In this document: positions 17,950 to 26,384 of the stretch, piece after piece
Layout of the letters: each line of letters begins with the position of its first letter
Numbering within the stretch: the stretch's first letter is position 1
Assembly: GCA_003135555.1 (NCBI GenBank)
Contig: PLCF01000035.1
Location: 1-29,933, forward strand
DNA length: 29,933 nucleotides
Reading direction: 5' to 3'
From: Vulcanimicrobiota bacterium
GTDB lineage: Bacteria; Vulcanimicrobiota; Vulcanimicrobiia; Vulcanimicrobiales; Vulcanimicrobiaceae
The notes under the pieces: model-generated
Databases searched by the model: none
Seen by the model: only the letters and a program-made list of their open reading frames with translations
What the model was told of the DNA's origin: nothing
Position numbers and translations under genes: made by a program

Positions 17950-19161
17950 TTGCGCATAGCTATCACGGCGAATGGGCCGGGCGAGTTCGCCGGGTGGGTG
18001 CGGCCGCTCGTCGGGGCGCTGCGGTCGCACGATCCCGGGGTCGAGGTTCACGTCTTGGCCGTACCGGACGATTTCGCGAGCGGCCGCGAGACGGAATACC
18101 TGGCGCAGCTGTATCCCGGCGTGCAGGGCTATCCGCCGTCGGCGTACGTTCGGCTCGCGCTGGGCCGGCCGGTCGACGGATTGCCGGCGCGCGTCGACCG
18201 GGTGCAGTATCTGGGCGGCGACCTTTCGCACGCTGCGCGCGTGCACGCCCGGCTGGGCGGCGTCGCGACCTCGTACAAGTTCTCGCGCAAGAAGTACGCG
18301 CAAACCTTCGCCTGCGTGTTCGCGGTCGACGCCGCGAACCGCCAGCAGCTGCTGGGCTGGGGAACGCCGGACGAGCGCATCCGCGTCGTCGGCAACTTGG
18401 CGATCGACGGTGCGCTCGGCGAAGCGGCAGGCGCATACGGCGATCCGCCCAGCGACGCGGCCCGCGACGGCATCATCCTCTTCCCCGGCTCGCGCAAGCA
18501 CGAGGTGGCGAACGTCGTCGCGCTGTTCGTGCGCGTCGCGCTCAACCTGCGCCGGATGCTCCCGAACGTGGCGATTGCCTTCGCGGGCTCACCCTTCGTC
18601 CCGGACGACCAGTTGCGAGCCGCGCTCGCGCGCGGCGGCGAGCATCCGCTCTCCTACGGCGCGCCGGCCGAACTCGTCGACGGTGAGATCGTCGCCGAAG
18701 GGCAGCGCTTCCCCTTGGTGCGAGCCGCGATGCGCGCCGCCGCTACCGCGCGCCTGGCGGTGACGATCCCCGGGACCAAGGTGATCGAGCTGGCCGCGCT
18801 GGGGATCCCCGCGGTCGTCTGCACGCCCTTCAACGCGCCGGAGCTGGTCGTCATCGGCGGACCGCTGCAGTACATCGGGAAGTTACCGGTGGTGGGGTTG
18901 CCGATCAAGCGCGCCGCGGCGTTGGCCGTCGCACGCCGCTTCAAGCACTTCGCGCAGCCCAACATCGATGCCGGCAAAGACCTCGACGTCGAGATCGCCG
19001 GCACGCTGTTGCCCTCGCAGGTCGCGCACGTCGCGGCGGAGCGATGGAACGACGCAGCCTGGTGCGCGGCCACGGGTGCCGAGCTGCGCGCGCTCTACAC
19101 CCAGCACACCGGCGCCGCCGAACGGATGGCCGCCGCGCTGCTCGAACCGGTGCCGGCGTGA
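17950..19161 (+). CDS. Lipid-A-disaccharide synthase (LpxB)-related GT-B glycosyltransferase
   Basis: TTG start at 17950 within ORF 17506..19161. Motifs ANGPGEFAGWVRP, FPGSRKHE, PGTKVIELAALGIPAVV and FAQPNI. Confidence 0.8.
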   Translation: MRIAITANGPGEFAGWVRPLVGALRSHDPGVEVHVLAVPDDFASGRETEYLAQLYPGVQGYPPSAYVRLALGRPVDGLPARVDRVQYLGGDLSHAARVHARLGGVATSYKFSRKKYAQTFACVFAVDAANRQQLLGWGTPDERIRVVGNLAIDGALGEAAGAYGDPPSDAARDGIILFPGSRKHEVANVVALFVRVALNLRRMLPNVAIAFAGSPFVPDDQLRAALARGGEHPLSYGAPAELVDGEIVAEGQRFPLVRAAMRAAATARLAVTIPGTKVIELAALGIPAVVCTPFNAPELVVIGGPLQYIGKLPVVGLPIKRAAALAVARRFKHFAQPNIDAGKDLDVEIAGTLLPSQVAHVAAERWNDAAWCAATGAELRALYTQHTGAAERMAAALLEPVPA

Positions 19162-20024
19162 CCTTCTCGGTCGTGGTCGCGACCAAGGATCGCGCGGCGT
19201 TGCTCGACGGCGCGCTGACGTCGCTGCGCGCGCAGGCCGGCGCCCCGGAGTTCGAGATCGTCGTCGTCGACAACGGTTCGTCCGATGCGACGCCCGCCGT
19301 CGCGCGCCGGCACGGCGCGGCCTACGCCTTCGTCGGCGAGCCCAACCGGGGCAAGGCGCGCAACGCCGGGATCGCCCGTGCGACCGGCGACGCGATCGTC
19401 TTCATCGACGACGACGTGGTCACGCCGCCGCACTTCCTCGCGGCGCACGCCAAAGCGCACGCCGACGCGCCCTTTCCGCTGGCGGTCTCGGGTCCGATCG
19501 TGAACGTCCCCATGGCCACGGAGCGGCCGGCGCCGACGGGCGCAAACTTTTCCCGCGCCTTTTTCGTGACGTGCAACGTTTCGGTGCCCACGGCGTCGCT
19601 GCGCGCGGTCGGCGGCTTCGACGAGACGTTCGACCTCTACGGTTGGGAGGATACCGAGCTGGGCCTGCGCCTGCGCGAGCACGGCGTGCGCCGCGCCTTC
19701 ACCTGGGGTGCGTACCTCTGGCACATCAAGCCGCCGACGGCGGAGTCGCTCGAGGACGCGCTAGACAAGGCGATAGAAAAGGCGCGCATGGCAGCGCGTT
19801 TCGTTCGCAAGACGCCGACCACGCGCGTGAAGCTGGCGACCGGTGCATACCGATTCAACTTGGTCCGCGCGCGACTGTTCGCGCCGCCGTTCGCGCAGCC
19901 GCTTTTCGCGGGGCTGGCGACCTCGTCGCGGCTCCCGTCCGCGCTCGCGCAGCTCGCGCGGCACGCGCTGCTTGACAGTGTCTACACCGCGGAGCTCGAG
20001 CGCCGGCTGCGCCGAGGCGACTGA
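19158..20024 (+). CDS. Glycosyltransferase family 2
   Basis: FSVVVATKDR, VVDNGSSD, ARNAG, FIDDD and GGFDETF..YGWEDTELG motifs; GTGA overlap with the upstream gene. Confidence 0.93.
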   Translation: MTFSVVVATKDRAALLDGALTSLRAQAGAPEFEIVVVDNGSSDATPAVARRHGAAYAFVGEPNRGKARNAGIARATGDAIVFIDDDVVTPPHFLAAHAKAHADAPFPLAVSGPIVNVPMATERPAPTGANFSRAFFVTCNVSVPTASLRAVGGFDETFDLYGWEDTELGLRLREHGVRRAFTWGAYLWHIKPPTAESLEDALDKAIEKARMAARFVRKTPTTRVKLATGAYRFNLVRARLFAPPFAQPLFAGLATSSRLPSALAQLARHALLDSVYTAELERRLRRGD

Positions 20025-20028
20025 AGCG

Positions 20029-20976
20029 ATGCGGGTTCTGTTGGTGCGGCTCGACGGAATCGGCGACGCCGCCGTTTGCGTACCGTTGGTCGCGGCGCTA
20101 CGCGAGTCCGGTCACACGGTCGGCGTCGCGCTGACGACGCGCAACGCGGGCCTCTTCGCGCCGCAGGCGACCCTCGCCGAGCACGTGCTCGAGCGTATAC
20201 CCTGGCCCGCCCACGGCTCCACGCAGGAGAGCACCGCGCGCGCGCAGGCCGAGATCGCCGCGATGAACTACGACGTCGCGTTGATCGCGAGCGAAGAGCC
20301 CGAAGCGTTCGAGCTCGCCGCCCCGGTCCCCGAGCGCATCGGCTTTACGACCGGCATGACCCGTCCGCTCAAGTCGCTGTGGGTGCGTTCTCGAGCGACG
20401 CGCACGGTCATTCGCTCGCAGCGGGTCGGCGGCGAGGACGCGCATGAGGTCGAGATCATGTACCGGCTCGGTGTGGGCTTGGTGCGCGACCCGGCGCCTC
20501 CGACGGCGCCCCGGCCGCTGCGCGAAGCGCTGCTCGCGCACCCCGCGACGCGCGCGCGCGACGGTACGAACATCGTCGTGCAGGCCGGAGCGAAGTGGCT
20601 CGCGGCAGGTGTCTCGGCCGAGGCGTTGCGCGCGGTGCACGCGCGGCTGGCGCCGTACGCGCGCGTGATCGCCGCGCCGAGCGAGGCGCAGGCGGTTCGC
20701 GAGCTGACCGGGATCCAGCCCGAGACGTTTGCGTCGGTGCGCGCGTGGGTCGAAGCGCTCAGCCTGGCGGATCTCGTCGTTTCGGTCGACACCGGTGCGG
20801 CGCACGTCGCCGGGATGCTCTGTCCGCGCGTCGTCGACGTCTTTCCCGAGCACGATTTCGGGGCGCAGGTGCGCCGCTGGCGGCCGTGGGCGGCAACCTA
20901 CCGTGCATTTCGCGCCGGCGAAGTCGACGGCGGTCCGGACAGCGCGTTCATCGAAACGATTCTCGATGGCTTCTGA
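20029..20976 (+). CDS. Glycosyltransferase family 9 (heptosyltransferase-like)
   Basis: MRVLLVRLDGIGD N-terminus and SVDTGAAHVAG C-terminal motif. Confidence 0.88.
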   Translation: MRVLLVRLDGIGDAAVCVPLVAALRESGHTVGVALTTRNAGLFAPQATLAEHVLERIPWPAHGSTQESTARAQAEIAAMNYDVALIASEEPEAFELAAPVPERIGFTTGMTRPLKSLWVRSRATRTVIRSQRVGGEDAHEVEIMYRLGVGLVRDPAPPTAPRPLREALLAHPATRARDGTNIVVQAGAKWLAAGVSAEALRAVHARLAPYARVIAAPSEAQAVRELTGIQPETFASVRAWVEALSLADLVVSVDTGAAHVAGMLCPRVVDVFPEHDFGAQVRRWRPWAATYRAFRAGEVDGGPDSAFIETILDGF

Positions 20977-21961
20977 TCGCGCGCTGCTCGTCGCAGCCGG
21001 AGGAGGGATCGGTGACACGCTGTTCGCAGGCGTGGTCGCCCGGTCGCTGCGCACGCGCTACGCGGCCGTCGACGCGGTCGTGCTGCCGGCGCACGTCGAG
21101 CTGGCGGCGCACATCCCCTCGGTCGAGCGGGTCATCCCGCTGGGCACCCGGCCGGACGCCCGCTACGACGCCGCGGTGGTCACTTGGGCGACGCTGCGGA
21201 CCGCGCTGCTCCCGTGGAGGCTGCGCATCCCGGTGCGCGTCGGACAGGCGCGCCGGATCTACTCGCCGTTGTTCACGCAGCGTGTGACGGTGCGCAGCGA
21301 GCTGGGCGATCGCACCACGCACTGGACGCAGATCCTGCTCGACTACGCTCGCGCGCTCGGTGTCGACGACGCCGGCGCGACGCCGCAGTTCGCGCTGCGC
21401 GACGCCGAGCGCGCCGACGCGCGGACGTTGCTGCACGTGCACGACCTCGAAAGGCGATACTACGTGTTGCACCCGACGCGCGGGTTGTCGGCGCAGCGCA
21501 CGCGTTGGCCGGTCGAGGGGTTCGTCGCGCTGGCCCGCCGGCTGGTCGAGCGCGACGGCGTCGCGGTCGTGGTCACCGGCTCGGCCGACGATGCGCAGCT
21601 GGCCGAAGCGATCGCGGACGGCGCCGGTCGGGGCGTGCATTCGCTGGCGGGCGCGACCTCGATCGGAGTTTTCGGAGCGCTGGCCGAAGGCGCGCGCGCG
21701 GTCATCGCGATGGATTCCGGACCGATGCACGTCGCCGCAGCCGTCGGCGCGGCGACCGTCGGAATCTTCGCGCTCCAATCCGACGAACCGGCCCGCTGGG
21801 CGCCGCTCGGACGGCGCACGGCGACCGTCGGAGCGACCTATCCGTGCCCGCCGGGCCACCGCAAGGAGACGTGTCCCGACTTCGCGTGCGTCCGCGCGCT
21901 CGACATGCCCGCGGTGCTGGCGGCGCTCGACGGATTGCTCGGCGCCGCCGCCGAACGCTGA
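20966..21961 (+). CDS. Glycosyltransferase family 9 (WaaF-like heptosyltransferase)
   Basis: GGGIGD, LHP...RWP, LAGATS, MDSGPMHVAAA, RWAP and a C-terminal Cys cluster. Confidence 0.9.
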   Translation: MASDRALLVAAGGGIGDTLFAGVVARSLRTRYAAVDAVVLPAHVELAAHIPSVERVIPLGTRPDARYDAAVVTWATLRTALLPWRLRIPVRVGQARRIYSPLFTQRVTVRSELGDRTTHWTQILLDYARALGVDDAGATPQFALRDAERADARTLLHVHDLERRYYVLHPTRGLSAQRTRWPVEGFVALARRLVERDGVAVVVTGSADDAQLAEAIADGAGRGVHSLAGATSIGVFGALAEGARAVIAMDSGPMHVAAAVGAATVGIFALQSDEPARWAPLGRRTATVGATYPCPPGHRKETCPDFACVRALDMPAVLAALDGLLGAAAER

Positions 21962-21964
21962 GAG

Positions 21965-22297
21965 GTGATCGCCTACGACGATTTCCGGCGCGTGGACGTG
22001 CGGTCGGGGACGATTCTCGCCGCCGAGCCGCTGGCCGGCGCGCGCAAGCCCGCGTACGTGCTAAGGATCGATTTCGGCCCGGAACTGGGCCAGCGACGCT
22101 CCTCGGTGCAGATCACCGCTCGCTATACGCCCGCGGACCTGATCGGCAAGCAAGTTTGCGCGGTTGTGAACTTCCCGCCCAAGCGTATCGCCGGTTTCGA
22201 CAGCGAGGTGCTGGTGCTGGGGATGGACGACGACGACGGGAACGTCGTGCTCGTGCAGCCCGGCTTGCGCGTCCCCGACGGCCGACGGCTTTACTGA
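21965..22297 (+). CDS. csaA: CsaA / Trbp111-like OB-fold tRNA-binding protein or export chaperone
   Basis: DF..VDVR.GTI, ARKPAY.L.IDFG, SSVQIT and VVNFPPKRIAGF.SEVLVLG motifs; GAGAG upstream of the GTG. Confidence 0.92.
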   Translation: MIAYDDFRRVDVRSGTILAAEPLAGARKPAYVLRIDFGPELGQRRSSVQITARYTPADLIGKQVCAVVNFPPKRIAGFDSEVLVLGMDDDDGNVVLVQPGLRVPDGRRLY

Positions 22298-23577
22298 TGG
22301 CGCTCGCAACCGCCGAGCTCGAGATCCGCACGCTCGTGCCGGACCGCGAGGATCCGAGAATGTTCGCGGCGCTCGCGCAGCTGTTCGCCGACGCGTACCC
22401 GATCATGGAGCTGAAGACGGCGGACGAGCTCGCGCGGTTCGCCGAGCGGATTCAGAAGAACGCGGGTGCTCCCGGGACCGCTGACGTGATCGCCGAGCGC
22501 AATGGGACGTTGGTTGCTGCCATGCGGCTCTACGACTTCGTGATGAACGTGCGCGGCGCCGACGCGCTCACCGGCGGCGTCGGCAGCGTCGCGGTCTCGC
22601 TCGCGCACAAGCGGCAAGGGATCGCGCGCACGCTGCTGGCGTGGTATCTCGACCACTACCGGGCGCGCAACGCACCGTTCGCGATCCTGCACCCGTACCG
22701 CCCCGACTTCTATCGCGCGATCGGTTTCGGCTACGGCACGCCCTCGCGTCGCTTTCGCTTCGCCCCGGCGACGCTACGTGACGAGGGCGCTCGCGGGACA
22801 ATCCGCTTGCTCGACGAGAACGATGCCGACGCGCTGATCGCTTGCCACGAGCGCGTTCGCGCGCGGACGCACGGGCTCATCGCGAAACGTCGCTGGCACG
22901 CGGAACGCCTGCTCGGTGACGCCGCGCTACGCTATGTCGGCGTCGAGGACGGCGGGGAGCTGAACGGCTTCATGCAGACGAGCGTCGTACTGGGCGGGGA
23001 GCGGATTCGCAACGCCGACGAGTTGACCGTGCGTGACCTGACGTATGAAGACGATGCGTCGCTGGCCGCCCTGCTCGGGTATCTGCGCTCGCAGCGCGAT
23101 CAGTTCGCGCGGGTCGTCGTCGAGACGCAGGACGACGCCTTCTACCTTGCCTCGACCGACCCGCGCGACGGTTCGGATCTCGCCGTCGCGCCGCCCGCGA
23201 CGCACCGCGTCGCCGAGAGCGGGCTCGGCGTGATGTACCGCATCCTCGACGTGCCGGCGGCGCTCGCGACGCTCCCGGCATCCGGCGCGCGGTTTACGCT
23301 GCGGATCGACGTCGCCGACGCGTTCCTTGCGCAGACCGCGGGGACGTGGACGTTCTGCTTCGATCCGCAGGCGCGGCCGCGGCGTGACGACGGCGCGCGA
23401 CCCGACGCGACGCTGACGATCGGGATCGCCGACCTGAGCTCGGTGGCGCTCGGCTCGCTGCGGCTGCGCGACGTGGTCGCGCATCGGCTCGCGAAGGTCG
23501 AACCGGCCGATACGCTCGCGCTCATCGACGCCGCGTTCCGTGCCGAACAGCCGCCGGTCTGCACGACGCGCTTCTAG
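22297..23577 (+). CDS. Eis-like GNAT acetyltransferase (tandem GNAT plus SCP-2-like domain)
   Basis: About 426 aa from ATG 22297 (TGATG overlap). Motif A GGVGSVAV..AHKRQGIA, LHPY...FYRAIGFG, MYRILDV and a terminal Phe. Confidence 0.88.
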   Translation: MALATAELEIRTLVPDREDPRMFAALAQLFADAYPIMELKTADELARFAERIQKNAGAPGTADVIAERNGTLVAAMRLYDFVMNVRGADALTGGVGSVAVSLAHKRQGIARTLLAWYLDHYRARNAPFAILHPYRPDFYRAIGFGYGTPSRRFRFAPATLRDEGARGTIRLLDENDADALIACHERVRARTHGLIAKRRWHAERLLGDAALRYVGVEDGGELNGFMQTSVVLGGERIRNADELTVRDLTYEDDASLAALLGYLRSQRDQFARVVVETQDDAFYLASTDPRDGSDLAVAPPATHRVAESGLGVMYRILDVPAALATLPASGARFTLRIDVADAFLAQTAGTWTFCFDPQARPRRDDGARPDATLTIGIADLSSVALGSLRLRDVVAHRLAKVEPADTLALIDAAFRAEQPPVCTTRF

Positions 23578-24488
23578 TGGCAGGCTCGACCCGGCTCTCG
23601 ATCCAGCTCTGCACGTATAACCGGGCGCAACTGCTCGAGCGCGTGCTCGAAGCCTGCTTCGATCAAGCCATTCCGGCTGAGTCGTACGAGGTCGTCCTGG
23701 TGAACGACGGCTCGCAGGACGACACTCCGGCGGTGATCGAGCGTGCCCGGCGGATCGCCACCTGCGCCTTCACGGTCGTGACGCAACCCAACGGCGGCCT
23801 GGCCAAAGCCCGTAACGCCGGGATCGAACGCTGCACCGGTGAACGTATCGCGTTCATCGACGACGACGTTCTTCCGACCCCGGTGTTTGCCGCCGAGCAC
23901 CTCAAGTCCGACGCGCGCCACGGGGACGTCGTCGTGCGCGGTGCCGCGATCAACACGGCCTCGTTCGATGCTCTGCCCGTCCCCGTCTGGACGCCCCGAA
24001 ACTACAGCGCGAACTGGTTCTGGACGACCAACGTCTCGGTGCGGCGCACGCGGCTGGACGCGGTCGGCGGCCGATTCGACGAATCGTTCAGCGAGTACGG
24101 CTGGGAAGACATCGAGCTGGGCTTGCGGCTGCGCGCGATCGGGACGAAGGCGGTGTTCAACCGCTTCGCGGTCGCGTTCCACTACAAGCCGCGGCCGACC
24201 GGCACGAACGTCGAGGCGATGCTGCGCCAAGTGCGCGCGCAGGCACGCACGGCAGTCCGGTTGGAGCGGCTGCATCCCAGCTGGCGGGTCACGCTGGCGA
24301 TCGGCGATACGGTCCCCCAGCGCCTGCTCGGTGCGACGCTGCGCCGCAGCGGGCTCGTCGGGCGGCTCGAAAAGCTCGTCGGCCGAAGCTCTCCGGGGGC
24401 TAAGCTCTCGCCGGTCAAGCTTGCGGCTGCGCACCTGCTCGCGAGCGCCGCCTACTATGACGAGCTCGAGCGCGCGAAGCGAGCCTAG
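23577..24488 (+). CDS. Glycosyltransferase family 2
   Basis: SIQLCTYNR, VNDGSQD, ARNAG, FIDDD and RFDESF..YGWEDIELG motifs. Confidence 0.93.
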   Translation: MAGSTRLSIQLCTYNRAQLLERVLEACFDQAIPAESYEVVLVNDGSQDDTPAVIERARRIATCAFTVVTQPNGGLAKARNAGIERCTGERIAFIDDDVLPTPVFAAEHLKSDARHGDVVVRGAAINTASFDALPVPVWTPRNYSANWFWTTNVSVRRTRLDAVGGRFDESFSEYGWEDIELGLRLRAIGTKAVFNRFAVAFHYKPRPTGTNVEAMLRQVRAQARTAVRLERLHPSWRVTLAIGDTVPQRLLGATLRRSGLVGRLEKLVGRSSPGAKLSPVKLAAAHLLASAAYYDELERAKRA

Positions 24489-24504
24489 TGTGCTGAGCGG
24501 CTAG

Positions 24505-25482
24505 GTGCGAATTCTGCTTTCGCGCACCGACCGGGTCGGTGATCTGATCCTTTCGACGCCGGCGATCGCGTCCGTGCGGCGCTCGTTCCCCGACGCGCAC
24601 GTTATCCTGTCGTGCAGCCGTTACAACTCGGTCGTCGTCGACCGCTCGCCGGACGTGGACGAGATCGCGCTGTTGCCGGCGGGGGTCAAGCCCGCCGCTT
24701 TCGGCGCCCGGTTTCGCGGCGTGGATCTCGCAATCGCACTCGCGCCGCGGGATCTCGACCATCGGATCGTCGCCGCGACGAATGCGCCCAAGCGCGTCGG
24801 ATACACCTACGTGACGCGCTACGTGGCGCGGGCGGTATTGGGCACCATCCTCACCGACGTCGTGTTGAGCGAGGCGGATCCGCGCACCGCCGAGCGCCAC
24901 CCCGAGCGCACGATCGCTCACGAGGTCGATCAGGTGCTGGCCGTCGCTGCGGCCGCGGGGGCCGGCACGATCGTGCGCGATCTCGTGCTGCCCGTGCTTG
25001 ACGAAGATCGTGCCGCGGTGAGCGATCTGCCGCCCGCCCCGGTCGTCGTTCAACTGGGCCGGCGCTGGACGGAGCAGGGGTCGACGACCGCCAGCTGCCT
25101 GCAGTTGTTCCGCGAACTGCGCGCGCTCGGACAGCCGCTCGTCGCCACCTACGGCGACGACGCGCGCGAGCTGGGGGACGAGGTGGCGCGAGCCGGGGTG
25201 GCCGACGTCGTGCTGGGCCGCTTGCCCTTCCACGTCTGGTCCGCGGTTTTCGAGCGCGCCGCGTGCGTGGTCACGATCGATACCGGTGCGACTCATGTCG
25301 CAAGCGCGGTGCGGGTGCCCACCGTCGTCCTGTTCGAATACAAGTGGTTTCGGCTGGCGTCGCAGGAATGGTCGCCGTACCGCGTGCCGAACGCGATCCT
25401 GCGCAAGCCGCCGGACGAATCGGAGGCCTCGCTGCGCGCCTCGCGCGCCGAGATCGTCGCCGCCGTCGCATCGCTCTTATGA
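24505..25482 (+). CDS. Glycosyltransferase family 9
   Basis: MRILLSRTDRVGDLILSTP N-terminus, HEV, TIDTGATHVASA and WSP motifs. Confidence 0.88.
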   Translation: MRILLSRTDRVGDLILSTPAIASVRRSFPDAHVILSCSRYNSVVVDRSPDVDEIALLPAGVKPAAFGARFRGVDLAIALAPRDLDHRIVAATNAPKRVGYTYVTRYVARAVLGTILTDVVLSEADPRTAERHPERTIAHEVDQVLAVAAAAGAGTIVRDLVLPVLDEDRAAVSDLPPAPVVVQLGRRWTEQGSTTASCLQLFRELRALGQPLVATYGDDARELGDEVARAGVADVVLGRLPFHVWSAVFERAACVVTIDTGATHVASAVRVPTVVLFEYKWFRLASQEWSPYRVPNAILRKPPDESEASLRASRAEIVAAVASLL

Positions 25483-26384
25483 TCAAGATGACAACACCGC
25501 GAATCTCCGTCGTCGTGCCGACGTACAACCGTCTCGACACGCTCAGCCACGTGATCCCCTCGTTGCTCGCGCAGGATCTGCCGCGCGGCGAGTTCGAGGT
25601 CGTCGTCGCCGACTCGAACTCCACCGACGGCACGGCCGAGTACCTCGCCGGCGTGGCCGCCGAAGCGCCGTTCGTGCGGCATCTTCCCGGTCCGTACAGC
25701 GGACGCGCCGCGGCGCGCAACGCCGGAATCGGGGCTTCACAGGCACCGGTCGTGCTCTTCACCGACGCCGACATCATCGCGTCACCCGACTTGCTCTCGC
25801 GCCATCTCGCACATCACCAGGGCGCCGGCATCCGCGCGGTCGTCGGCATGGAAGTGCAAGTCGTCTCCTACGACGACTATCTGGCCAAGCGCGCGGACCG
25901 TGCGAAGCGCACGCCGCTCCACGGCGAGAAGCCCAAGCGCCTGTCGTGGTTGTATTTCCTCACCGGCAACGCCTCGGCGCCGCGCGTGCAGCTCGACAGC
26001 GTCGGGCGCTTCGACGAAAACTTCACCGGATACGGGCACGAGGACCTCGAGTTGGGGTATCGGCTGCAGCGCGCCGGCATCCCGATCGAGTACGAGCCGC
26101 AAGCCGTGAACTACCATTGGCATCCGGTGCCGTGGGACGAGCAGCAGCGCAAGTACGAGCTAGCCGGGAAGTCGACGGTACGTTTCTATCGCAAGCATCC
26201 GGCCTGGGATGTGAAGCTGCGGCTCGGCATGACACCGCTGTCGCTGGGATTGCACGGTCTCGTCGACAAGGTTCCCGCGCTGCGGTCGTGGATCGAGGAC
26301 GGCGCGGGAAAACCCGGTTTCGCGCGCACGCTCTCGTACCAATATCACTACCTAACCGGAGTGAAGGCGGCCCTGCGTGAATGA
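25479..26384 (+). CDS. Glycosyltransferase family 2
   Basis: ISVVVPTYNR, ADSNSTDGT, ARNAG, FTDAD and FDENF..YGHEDLELG motifs. ATGA overlap; ATG 25488 is an alternative start. Confidence 0.93.
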   Translation: MIKMTTPRISVVVPTYNRLDTLSHVIPSLLAQDLPRGEFEVVVADSNSTDGTAEYLAGVAAEAPFVRHLPGPYSGRAAARNAGIGASQAPVVLFTDADIIASPDLLSRHLAHHQGAGIRAVVGMEVQVVSYDDYLAKRADRAKRTPLHGEKPKRLSWLYFLTGNASAPRVQLDSVGRFDENFTGYGHEDLELGYRLQRAGIPIEYEPQAVNYHWHPVPWDEQQRKYELAGKSTVRFYRKHPAWDVKLRLGMTPLSLGLHGLVDKVPALRSWIEDGAGKPGFARTLSYQYHYLTGVKAALRE

